From Oscillospiraceae bacterium (lineage in GTDB: Bacteria > Bacillota > Clostridia > Oscillospirales > Oscillospiraceae): a DNA stretch of 64,000 nt. A program made the translations under genes and the position numbers. The stretch spans positions 5,416 to 69,415 of the forward strand of contig JAGBQR010000027.1 in the NCBI GenBank assembly GCA_017632775.1, given 5' to 3'. The notes below the pieces were generated by a model that ran no database searches, was not told where the DNA came from, and saw only the letters and a list, made by a program, of their open reading frames with translations. Below, in pieces: positions 48,133-55,693 of this stretch. The first letter of the stretch is position 1. Each line of letters opens with the position of its first letter.

Positions 48133-48357
48133 AGAACGATCCGCCTCCTTTCACTTGTTTTATATGTTGTTTTATATATTGTAGCATGAAACCGGAAAAG
48201 AATAAAGACAGGGTTTGCAGTCCGTTTCCGGAAAGGGTCCTGCCGCACATGGAAGGAACGAAAACAGGTCGCTTTCCGGGGATACAGTTGCTGTTTTTTG
48301 CGGAATAGAGTATTATAGGATATCATAAAAGAAAAAAGATTGTAAGGAGGACGAAAA

Positions 48358-49857
48358 ATGGAGTATAAATTCTGCCCGGAATGCGGGACCAGAAATGATG
48401 CGGAGACCAGATTCTGCACGGAATGCGGCAAACGTTTTCCGGACCTGACCGATCAGTCGACTCCTTCCGGGACAGGCGCTGAGCAGGCCGCAACAGCTGC
48501 ATCCGGGACAGGAGCGTCTTCTTACGCAGCATCCTCGGCGGGAGTCGGAGAAAAGAAGAAGAGAAAGACAGGGCTCGTTATCATCCTGGCCGTTCTTGCA
48601 GTTCTCCTTGCCGCAGCTGCACTGCTCTTTTTTACCGGGAGATTCGACCGGATGACGGCTTCGCGCAGGGCTGGAGCAGGAGACTATGCCGGTGCGCTGG
48701 AAAGTTATGAGAAGTATCTCAGCCGCAGCGGCGATGAGTCGACAGAAGCGCTTACAGAAGCAGCCCTGTATGCATTGAGCGCGGAAGATCCGGACAAGGC
48801 GCTGATGTATGCGCGCAGTGTTCCGGAAAAAAGTGCAGAAGCTGACCGGATCGCGGGGATGGCAGCGACCGCTCTTGCCAGGAATGTCATGAAAAATGAA
48901 GAGTGGGAAGCTGCTGTGGAATATCTGCGCGATATCGAAACGGCAGAAGCCGAAGCACTTCTGGATGAGTGCCGTTTCCATCTGGCTGAGCAGGCAGCGG
49001 ATGAACAGAATTATGAAGAAGCGATCGCTCTGCTCGAAGAAAATGATTATCCGGAATGCGCGGAACTCCTTGACGAGGTCTTTTACCGTTACGGAGTGAT
49101 GCTCATGGAGGAAGAAAAATGGGAAGAAGCGGCCGCTCAATTTGAAAAGACAGCTTTTGCTGACAGCGACGATCTGCGGGGACAGTGTTATTTTCGCTCC
49201 TCTTCCGACAGCCGCTTCCTTGAGGCGCTCACAGAAGCAAACTATGCGCTGATGGATGCGGAAAATGCGGGCGATGGACTCGAAGAGGCGCTCTCGATTC
49301 TCCGGCAGATCGATCTGGACGCTTTCCATGATTCAGAACTGGCGTTTTTTGCGGAAGAATACATCGGTGCCCTGGAAAATGAACAGGCGCTCCGGAATGA
49401 ATACAGAGAATCGGATACCATGTATGCCTATGAGTATGAAGAGCGTCTCTATGGGTCTTATGCGGTTCAGAGCGAATGTCTGGAAACGATCAATGATCTG
49501 TATCCCTTCGAGGATGAAGTCTGGACGGACATGTACGGATACAATGACTCTTCCGAAAAGTGGAACAGGATCGCTTCACTGATCCCTGAAATGGCGAAAG
49601 AAATCGATGCAATCGAGCAGTCCACCTATCTTTCGGAAACGGAGCAGTACATCGATATCCCGAATAATACAGGCTATACCCTGACAGTTACTCTGTTTTT
49701 CAATTACTTTGACGAAAACGGCGGGTATATCAGCGATCTGACCAAAGAAGATGTTCTGATGGAGGCAAAAAAGGATACACGCATCGTTTTCGAAGTTCCG
49801 GTCGAAACGGACACCTGGGACTGCGACTTCTGGATCAGCAGCGCGGAGATCCCCTGA
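48358..49857 (+). CDS. zinc-ribbon membrane protein with TPR-like extracytoplasmic region
   Basis: MEYKFCPECGTRNDAETRFCTECG, then the TM helix GLVIILAVLAVLLAAAALLFF and helical repeats. Strong AAGGAGG RBS. Confidence 0.75.
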   Translation: MEYKFCPECGTRNDAETRFCTECGKRFPDLTDQSTPSGTGAEQAATAASGTGASSYAASSAGVGEKKKRKTGLVIILAVLAVLLAAAALLFFTGRFDRMTASRRAGAGDYAGALESYEKYLSRSGDESTEALTEAALYALSAEDPDKALMYARSVPEKSAEADRIAGMAATALARNVMKNEEWEAAVEYLRDIETAEAEALLDECRFHLAEQAADEQNYEEAIALLEENDYPECAELLDEVFYRYGVMLMEEEKWEEAAAQFEKTAFADSDDLRGQCYFRSSSDSRFLEALTEANYALMDAENAGDGLEEALSILRQIDLDAFHDSELAFFAEEYIGALENEQALRNEYRESDTMYAYEYEERLYGSYAVQSECLETINDLYPFEDEVWTDMYGYNDSSEKWNRIASLIPEMAKEIDAIEQSTYLSETEQYIDIPNNTGYTLTVTLFFNYFDENGGYISDLTKEDVLMEAKKDTRIVFEVPVETDTWDCDFWISSAEIP

Positions 49858-49873
49858 ATGCGGAAGCGGTGCA

Positions 49874-50365
49874 ATGAAAGAACTCGATCAGAATGAGGCA
49901 GGCAGGGCTGCCGAAAAGAACCGTCCTGCCGTGCGATATCCGGATCTCAACCGGAACGGAGAAAACGATAAAAATGTTCCTGCGGAAAACGGGGATGCCC
50001 GCTCCGGAAGGGTTCGCGGGGAAGGGACACCGCTGCTTGTGAAAGTCTTCCGGATCGCCAGGGTGCTGCTGTATGCGGCATTCGCAGTCTGGGTTTTCCT
50101 CTACTGCAGGGAGATGCTCCCTCAGATGCCCGGACTTGCGATCCGGTTCCACATTCAGCACTATCTTCTTTTCCTGCTGCTTCCGTCCGCAGTCATCGAT
50201 CTTCTCCTGATGGGACTCCGACGGGCGGCTTTTGGGAAAAAGGTGCTGCACCGGCCCGGGGTGGACCGGTGGGCACTTTCAGGCCTTGTACTTCTGCTGG
50301 CTTTTGTAGCTCTGGTATGGTTCGTGCTCTGGACCTATGTGATCCGGGAGATCGCAGCAAAATAG
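49874..50365 (+). CDS. hypothetical membrane protein (163 aa)
   Basis: Hydrophilic ~50-aa N-terminus followed by about 4 hydrophobic helices. Begins 16 nt after the upstream stop. Confidence 0.6.
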   Translation: MKELDQNEAGRAAEKNRPAVRYPDLNRNGENDKNVPAENGDARSGRVRGEGTPLLVKVFRIARVLLYAAFAVWVFLYCREMLPQMPGLAIRFHIQHYLLFLLLPSAVIDLLLMGLRRAAFGKKVLHRPGVDRWALSGLVLLLAFVALVWFVLWTYVIREIAAK

Positions 50366-50402
50366 GGCAGGATATATTATTGACGGAAAGGACGATTGGC
50401 CG

Positions 50403-51569
50403 ATGGATCCGGTGAAAAAAACCGCCCTGTACGGCTTCATAGCAGATATCGCTGTTTTTGCTCTCGCCCTGACCGGTGTGGTCATGCTGTTTCTGCAGTC
50501 GCATCCCTGGTGGGGCGCGCTGCGGACCTTTGCACTATACAGCAGTCTTTTCCTGTTGGCGGCCTCCGGCGTGCAGACGTTTTTTGAAGGGCGGATCCTG
50601 AGAAACAAAGGATCTTTCGTTCCCAGTTTCGTGCATGTTTTAAAGTATGTCTCCGTCTGCTGTGCTGCGGTGGTTCTTCTTGCGGGCATTTTTGTGCTCA
50701 TGCCCCTGTCTGGCGGGATCCGTTCCGGCCCGGAACTGCTGCTGCGTTCGCCCGGTATTTTTCTTCGGGTCCTTGGTCCGCTTGCCGGATTCGTATCCTT
50801 CGTGTGCATCGATCGCACAGCCCTTCCGGACAAGCGGGTGAAAGTGCTTCCGCTTATTCCGACGGGTCTGTATGCACTGGTGCTCCTCATTTTGAATGTG
50901 ACGCGGACGATTCGCGGGCCATATCCGTTTTTTCTGATCTATGAACAGCCCCTGTGGTTGAGCATCCTCTGGTTTGTACTGCTCCTGGCATTGATCGCTG
51001 CAGTTTCCTCCCTGATCTGGAAGGTCATACTCCGTTACGAGGGAAGGGAAGAGCTGCCGGAAGCGGAAAAGGGTGCGGAGGCCTGGACAGAAGACGGATA
51101 TCTGAAGGACCAGGACGCGCTCACGGAAATGACATACCGGACAATTCCGGCCTGCTACAACGGATGCGGGCCTCTTGCTGCTTTTGATCTTCGAAAGGCT
51201 GCGGAACAGGATCCGGAGATCGGGGATGTTTTTCGTGAAATGGACAGCATGCATCTGCTGTGTCTTCCGGGACCGACTTTTATGTATGTGATGCGCCGTT
51301 ATTTCCGGAAATATCTGCCGGGTTTCAAAGAGATCGAAGGCAGGGAAAATGCACTTCGGGCAGCAGAAAACAGCCGGATGGGCATGTATCGTTATCATGA
51401 GCAGAGAGTCCCTCATTTTGTGGCATACTATCGGACGGAAGAGGGTTTTCGCTTCTTCAATGTCAGTGACGGGAAGGAGGATGTGATCATGCCGATGGAG
51501 GAATTCGCAGAAGAGCATCTTCTTGAAGGCCCGGTACGCCTGCTTTGCTGGGAGCAGCGTCCGGAATAG
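50403..51569 (+). CDS. polytopic membrane protein with a C-terminal papain-fold, C39-like domain (inferred)
   Basis: About 200 aa of TM helices, then ACYNGCGPLAAFDL (compare the C39 DCGPAC motif), HFVAYY and NVSDG as a candidate Cys/His/Asp triad. Confidence 0.6.
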   Translation: MDPVKKTALYGFIADIAVFALALTGVVMLFLQSHPWWGALRTFALYSSLFLLAASGVQTFFEGRILRNKGSFVPSFVHVLKYVSVCCAAVVLLAGIFVLMPLSGGIRSGPELLLRSPGIFLRVLGPLAGFVSFVCIDRTALPDKRVKVLPLIPTGLYALVLLILNVTRTIRGPYPFFLIYEQPLWLSILWFVLLLALIAAVSSLIWKVILRYEGREELPEAEKGAEAWTEDGYLKDQDALTEMTYRTIPACYNGCGPLAAFDLRKAAEQDPEIGDVFREMDSMHLLCLPGPTFMYVMRRYFRKYLPGFKEIEGRENALRAAENSRMGMYRYHEQRVPHFVAYYRTEEGFRFFNVSDGKEDVIMPMEEFAEEHLLEGPVRLLCWEQRPE

Positions 51570-51591
51570 ATCCCGGCTGATGCATAGAGAT

Positions 51592-51634
51592 AACAGAGGG
51601 AGCGGTACCCGTACCGGGCACCGCTCCCTCTGTT
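51592..51634. terminator. bidirectional terminator at the left edge of the AT-richer segment
   Basis: 15-bp arms AACAGAGGGAGCGGT / ACCGCTCCCTCTGTT with a 13-nt loop. Confidence 0.65.
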
Positions 51635-51704
51635 CATGTCGGAAGGATGATCTTTCCGTGTCAAAAGCAAACGTATCGCTGCAGAAGCCGACAGACCGAA
51701 CCGA

Positions 51705-52121
51705 TCATTCAAACGCCAGCAGATTTCCAAGGGAAATGGTAAAACCAAGTGACTGATACATCGGGACATCACAGTCTGCACAGCCGACCGTTAATGAGGA
51801 TACTCCACTCTCGCGATATGCGAAATCGACCAATTGACGCGCTATGCCTTGATGACGATACTCGGGGAGGATAAAGAAATCTTCGAATACACCGCTCGGG
51901 TTATAATCAAAAGTCGAAAAGCCTGCGGTAACAGAGCAGCAGCCGATCAGAAGGCCGTTTATCCAAACACCATAAAAAAGTATACGGTCGCTGTTCATCG
52001 CATCTTTCAGACGGTCTTTTCCATTGCTGTCAGGCTCAGGTTCTCCTATTTCCGCCTTATACCGTTTCTGGAGATCCCATAAGGCTTCGATTTCAGAACA
52101 AACGATTCTTCTGTATTCCAT
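51705..52121 (-). CDS. GNAT-family N-acetyltransferase
   Basis: Motif A YRHQGIARQLVDFA. ATG 52121 (MEYRRIV) follows a GGGAG RBS. Confidence 0.8.
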   Translation of the reverse strand: MEYRRIVCSEIEALWDLQKRYKAEIGEPEPDSNGKDRLKDAMNSDRILFYGVWINGLLIGCCSVTAGFSTFDYNPSGVFEDFFILPEYRHQGIARQLVDFAYRESGVSSLTVGCADCDVPMYQSLGFTISLGNLLAFE

Positions 52122-52268
52122 AATACTCCCTGCAAACTGCGGCCGCAGCTGCATTTTCCTCTCTTTCCAGATGGCAGATAAACCCCCGGCCCCGTCTGCC
52201 CGCTATAATTCTACAAATAGAAAAGCACACCTAAAAGATACGAACACTCTGCTCATCGACTGAAGAAG

Positions 52269-52787
52269 TCATCTTACCACACCTTGTGAAATCAACATCT
52301 CAAGCACACGTGCTTCCCGTTCAAACATCGTTGGATTGTATGGACTTCCCTTTACGCTGCGATTTGCATTGATCGCCGTCTCAGGATCAACAAACAGCAG
52401 GTGATAAGATTCTTCGGCCTCATAATCATCCAGATTTTGAGAAGAAAGGTTTTCCAAGGCGTCACAAAAATAATAATAATTATCCTGAACAAAACATTCT
52501 GTAGAGTCGTAGTCACTTTTCTGTATTCGATGTACGTATCCGTATTCCCGTATAGTTTCCGGTATAACGATGAGCCCTGTTTCTTCCCTTGTCTCCCGTA
52601 TCATCGCGTCTATGGGATCCTCTCCTTTTTCGATGCCGCCGCCGGGGAATTTGTAGTAATCATATTTCTGACTGTGAATCATGGCGATTTTTCCATCCCT
52701 GATCACGATGCTTCTTGCCGAATTACGAGAAAACAGATGTGTACAGTCAGCGTAGTCCTTTTTATCCAAACAGAAAAGCAACCGCAT
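52269..52787 (-). CDS. NUDIX hydrolase
   Basis: Nudix box GGGIEKGEDPIDAMIRETREETG. Confidence 0.88.
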   Translation of the reverse strand: MRLLFCLDKKDYADCTHLFSRNSARSIVIRDGKIAMIHSQKYDYYKFPGGGIEKGEDPIDAMIRETREETGLIVIPETIREYGYVHRIQKSDYDSTECFVQDNYYYFCDALENLSSQNLDDYEAEESYHLLFVDPETAINANRSVKGSPYNPTMFEREARVLEMLISQGVVR

Positions 52788-52853
52788 ACGCCCTTCCCCC
52801 GCAACTCCCGATATGTGAAGGGATTATACCATGTGCTGCGGATGAAAAACAAT

Positions 52854-52888
52854 AACGCTCTTTTGCCCATGGCAGACAAAAGAGCGTT
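52854..52888. repeat. hairpin A, a diverged copy of the tRNA-Ser terminator hairpin
   Basis: AACGCTCTTTTG, an 11-nt loop, then CAAAAGAGCGTT. Compare 57170-57201. Confidence 0.75.
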
Positions 52889-52893
52889 ATTTT

Positions 52894-52922
52894 ATGGAAA
52901 AGGTACTCCGTTTTGATAGAAT
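52894..52922 (+). promoter_or_regulatory. conserved box, copy A; reads as a promoter: -35 ATGGAA, 17-nt spacer, TGn-extended -10 TAGAAT
   Basis: Near-identical to 55660-55688. Points toward the ECF sigma gene 290 nt downstream. Confidence 0.35.
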
Positions 52923-53170
52923 TTGCCATTGGGAGGAATTTCCTTTTTGGAGGCACGAGCGGCAAAGAGACTGCAGAGCAAGGTGGAGTATGTAGGTAGA
53001 GCCGGGAAACTCACTGCAGTGGAATAAGAAACATGGGGAAGTAATAGCCCGTCTGCGATAGGTGTTTCTCGACGGCACTTTTCTTGACAAGTCCGCGGTT
53101 TTTCAGGTCCGGGATGCCGCCCGCTCCTTTTTCCTGTTCTCCGCTATCTCACGATCCTGTTTGGATTTTT

Positions 53171-53196
53171 TGTAACGATTCTCATTTTCGATTGTC
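53171..53196 (+). promoter_or_regulatory. candidate ECF-type autoregulatory promoter: TGTAAC, 16 nt, TGTC
   Basis: AAC-type -35 and GTC-type -10 with ECF-like spacing, 15-28 nt upstream of the possible sigma start codons. Confidence 0.3.
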
Positions 53197-53210
53197 TAAT
53201 AAACAGGAAG

Positions 53211-53741
53211 GTGGTGAGGCCATTGGAAAAAGCGAAGAAAAAGCCGGAAATCTCAGATTCAGCTCTTTTTGCCGAGTATGAATCGGTATATCACTTCGCA
53301 TTGAGCCTTTGCCATAATGAATCCGACGCACAGGACATTACGCAGGAGACCTTCTTGAAAGCCATGAAAGCTGCAGATCGTTTTGAGGGCGGCAGCAGCC
53401 TGTATTCATGGCTGTGCGCCATAGCAAAAAACACATGGCTCAACAAGTGTCATAAACAGGGCAGGGAAGTGGATTTGGAGCAGGCAGAAAGCCAGTTCCA
53501 AAGAATTGAAGTTTCTGTTGAGCAGTTGGTTGAGGATAAAGAAATATCTTTTCAGATCCATAAAGTGCTTCACCAACTGGACGAGCCCTACAAGGAGGTA
53601 TTCTCTCTACGGGTGTTTGGCCAGCTCCCGTTTGGAGATATAGCGGCGCTGTTTTCCAAATCGGAAAGCTGGGCGCGGGTTACATACCACCGGGCAAGAA
53701 AAATGATTATCGAAAAGCTGAGAAAGGAAAAATACCTATGA
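53211..53741 (+). CDS. ECF-type RNA polymerase sigma-70 factor
   Basis: Region 2 DAQDITQETFLKA and region 4 SLRVFGQLPFGDIAALFSKSESWARVTYHRARKMI. The start is uncertain (GTG 53211/53214 or TTG 53224). Confidence 0.85.
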   Translation: MVRPLEKAKKKPEISDSALFAEYESVYHFALSLCHNESDAQDITQETFLKAMKAADRFEGGSSLYSWLCAIAKNTWLNKCHKQGREVDLEQAESQFQRIEVSVEQLVEDKEISFQIHKVLHQLDEPYKEVFSLRVFGQLPFGDIAALFSKSESWARVTYHRARKMIIEKLRKEKYL

Positions 53742-54559
53742 ATGAACAGGACATAAAAAAACTGCCTTGTGATATAGTCCGTGATCTGCTTCCCCTGTAT
53801 CACGACGGCATAGTCAGCACGGTTACCGCGGATGCGGTTGCGGAGCATTTGGAGGGCTGCGAAGCCTGTCGATCGGAATATCAAGTGTTGTGCGAGGAAC
53901 TGCCAACGGGAACAACGCAGGAGCCTACCACTAAAAAGAAATTCCTTGCCTTGATGGGTCGCCAGAAACGCAAAAGAATTGCAGCTGTAATTATGGCGGT
54001 GGTTTTGACTGTTGCCGTGATAAGCGGCATAGGCGTTTTTTTAACACAGCCGGCAGTTTTGAATGTTTCCGAAGAGGATATTTCCGTCGAGCGCCTCTAT
54101 CGTTTTGAAACAGAGGAAGGACCCAGATTTTTCATCTTGTATAAATCCTTTTCTTACGGGAATGGAAGGGATACTTGGGCGCCTGTCCGGGATACGGTCA
54201 GAGACGCTTACACCTTGAATCTTAAATTAAAGCGTACCATATTCAGTCTTGCGAACACAAAGGACCTGGCCAAAACCGCATATCTGTTTTTTGATGCCAC
54301 AGCCCCGGATGGCGGTGTATGTACTGCGTTCAGCATCAACGGTAAAGTCATTTGGACAGAGGAAGAAAACGGTGCGGAGGCTGTTCCCGGCTACCTGTAC
54401 GCTCTATATGAGGCGCGGTCACAGTTTTTCCCGGGATGGAGTGGTGCTGTGGACCCTGTGGGCGAGTTCCACGAAGATTATGTTTATATCCAATTCCCGG
54501 ATGGCCGGGAGGAATACTGGGACTATGACGGCAATCTGCTTGACGGCCCGATGAAATAA
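53738..54559 (+). CDS. anti-sigma factor (zf-HC2) with TM helix and an unassigned extracytoplasmic domain
   Basis: The ATG overlaps the sigma stop (ATGA). HLEGCEACRSEY zinc motif. TM helix IAAVIMAVVLTVAVISGIGVFL. Confidence 0.8.
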   Translation: MNEQDIKKLPCDIVRDLLPLYHDGIVSTVTADAVAEHLEGCEACRSEYQVLCEELPTGTTQEPTTKKKFLALMGRQKRKRIAAVIMAVVLTVAVISGIGVFLTQPAVLNVSEEDISVERLYRFETEEGPRFFILYKSFSYGNGRDTWAPVRDTVRDAYTLNLKLKRTIFSLANTKDLAKTAYLFFDATAPDGGVCTAFSINGKVIWTEEENGAEAVPGYLYALYEARSQFFPGWSGAVDPVGEFHEDYVYIQFPDGREEYWDYDGNLLDGPMK

Positions 54560-54645
54560 CCGCCGGTCTAAGGGCAGAGTAACGGTTTGCCCGCTGTGAG
54601 AACGGTTTTTCTGTGAGGGACAGGCCGAAAGGCTCCAAAAACACG

Positions 54646-54684
54646 AAAAAGCCGCTGCGGAAACGACTCCGCGGCGGCTTTTTT
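54646..54684. terminator. bidirectional terminator between the anti-sigma and lipase genes
   Basis: AAAAAGCCGCTGCGGA / TCCGCGGCGGCTTTTT arms with one G-U pair. Confidence 0.7.
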
Positions 54685-54686
54685 CG

Positions 54687-54720
54687 TATGGGGGGTGCAT
54701 GTTAAACGATAGGGGTGAGA
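54687..54720. repeat. two-unit copy of the G-rich ~20-nt repeat
   Basis: TATGGGGGGTGCATGTTAAACGATAGGGGTGAGA versus AAGGGGGTGCATTTTGAACGATAGGGGTACGC at 55755-55786. Confidence 0.75.
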
Positions 54721-54727
54721 TTTCCCG

Positions 54728-55552
54728 TCAGAACCCCCGCACAACTAAGTCATTTATGATGTCTCTATAAACATCGCAGATATCTGCCACGCCATCTCCT
54801 TCGCTTTTCGACGATAGCGGAGAGCGTCTGAAATCAATTTCATCATAATGAGAAACGCCCCTGTTCGTTCGGCCGGTCAACAGCGTAAATTTCTCTCCCC
54901 ATTTTGCGGACTCGACACTGACCAAACCATCGTTGTCGCCTTCTAGCATTTTAACGATCAGGTTTGCTGTTGACAAATTGATATCCGAAAGAGGAGTTCT
55001 CATTACTCCCGCAAAACTCTGATAATACACGCTTGGAACGTCCGGGTTTTCCCGGTTGAACTTCAGGGCGTATTCGGTGGAAAAATCTTTGCATACGGCA
55101 TAGAAATCCGGTTTTGTGTCACCAAGTAGGCCGATCCAGTTGTCAACGGCAAAAGACGCGATGTTAAAAAGCGAACCCGGGGCTCTCAGCAATTTGTCGA
55201 TTGTCTTTGACCCGTGATGAGGCGTTCCGATTGTCGTAATACTGGCAATATACTCACCCATACCCAAAGACGACGCGACCATGCGCGCCTCCAATCCACC
55301 TTTGGAATGAGCAATGATATTGACTTTTTCGGAAGCTGTTTCATCCAGTATCTGCCTTATTCTTGCTTTGATTGATTTGGCATTGTCCTCAATGCGCGCC
55401 CAGCAGTCTTGCTGCCCATAGAATAAAACAGTTCCAGTACTGGAAAGAGCAGTTGGTATCCTCCCCCAATACAAAGGCCACTTTAAGTCTCGGAAGCCAA
55501 CTCCATGAATCATCAAAACAGGATACTTTGTACCACAGCCTTCGTTTTTCAT
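54728..55552 (-). CDS. alpha/beta-hydrolase lipase/esterase
   Basis: YPVLMIHGVGF and nucleophile elbow AHSKGG. ATG 55552 (MKNEGCG) follows an AGGAG RBS. The ORF-track start at 55618 is an extension. Confidence 0.8.
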   Translation of the reverse strand: MKNEGCGTKYPVLMIHGVGFRDLKWPLYWGRIPTALSSTGTVLFYGQQDCWARIEDNAKSIKARIRQILDETASEKVNIIAHSKGGLEARMVASSLGMGEYIASITTIGTPHHGSKTIDKLLRAPGSLFNIASFAVDNWIGLLGDTKPDFYAVCKDFSTEYALKFNRENPDVPSVYYQSFAGVMRTPLSDINLSTANLIVKMLEGDNDGLVSVESAKWGEKFTLLTGRTNRGVSHYDEIDFRRSPLSSKSEGDGVADICDVYRDIINDLVVRGF

Positions 55553-55622
55553 GTCTTCGCTCCTATCTTGAATCGACAATTGACCGCCTAAACAAATACT
55601 GCCAGTATAGTAGCACAAAAAG

Positions 55623-55659
55623 AAAAGAACGGCAATTCAATCAGAATTACCGTTCTTTT
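55623..55659. terminator. hairpin B (terminator of the PC4-like gene); sequence twin of hairpin D
   Basis: AAAAGAACGGCAATTC, loop AATCA, then GAATTACCGTTCTTTT. One C/A mismatch. Confidence 0.7.
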
Positions 55660-55688
55660 TTGGAAAAGGTATCGCGTTTTGATAGAAA
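55660..55688 (+). promoter_or_regulatory. conserved box, copy B; reads as a promoter: -35 TTGGAA, 17-nt spacer, TGn-extended -10 TAGAAA
   Basis: TTGGAAAAGGTATCGCGTTTTGATAGAAA, near-identical to copy A. Points into the repeat array and runs antisense to the PC4-like gene. Confidence 0.3.
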
Positions 55689-55693
55689 AACGC

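Noticed and set aside
51570-51720. A direct repeat of the tRNA-Ser 3-prime end (att core) at the left edge of the AT-richer segment.
   Set aside because: By eye there is no match to TGGCGCAGCGGGTGGGATTCGAACCC there or at 52898-52930 or 55662-55700. Only the region downstream of the tRNA is duplicated (see findings). A proper local alignment should still be run.
55660-55693. The conserved box as a pseudo-tRNA 3-prime half. On the minus strand it ends ...TACCTTTTCCA just before a hairpin, as the tRNA ends ...GCTGCGCCA before its hairpin.
   Set aside because: A T-arm cannot be drawn. The GCGTTTT-GATAGA-AAAACGC stem-loop of copy B has a 7-bp stem and 6-nt loop, sits in the wrong register, and is not conserved in copy A. 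There is no similarity to the Ser tRNA beyond the CCA.
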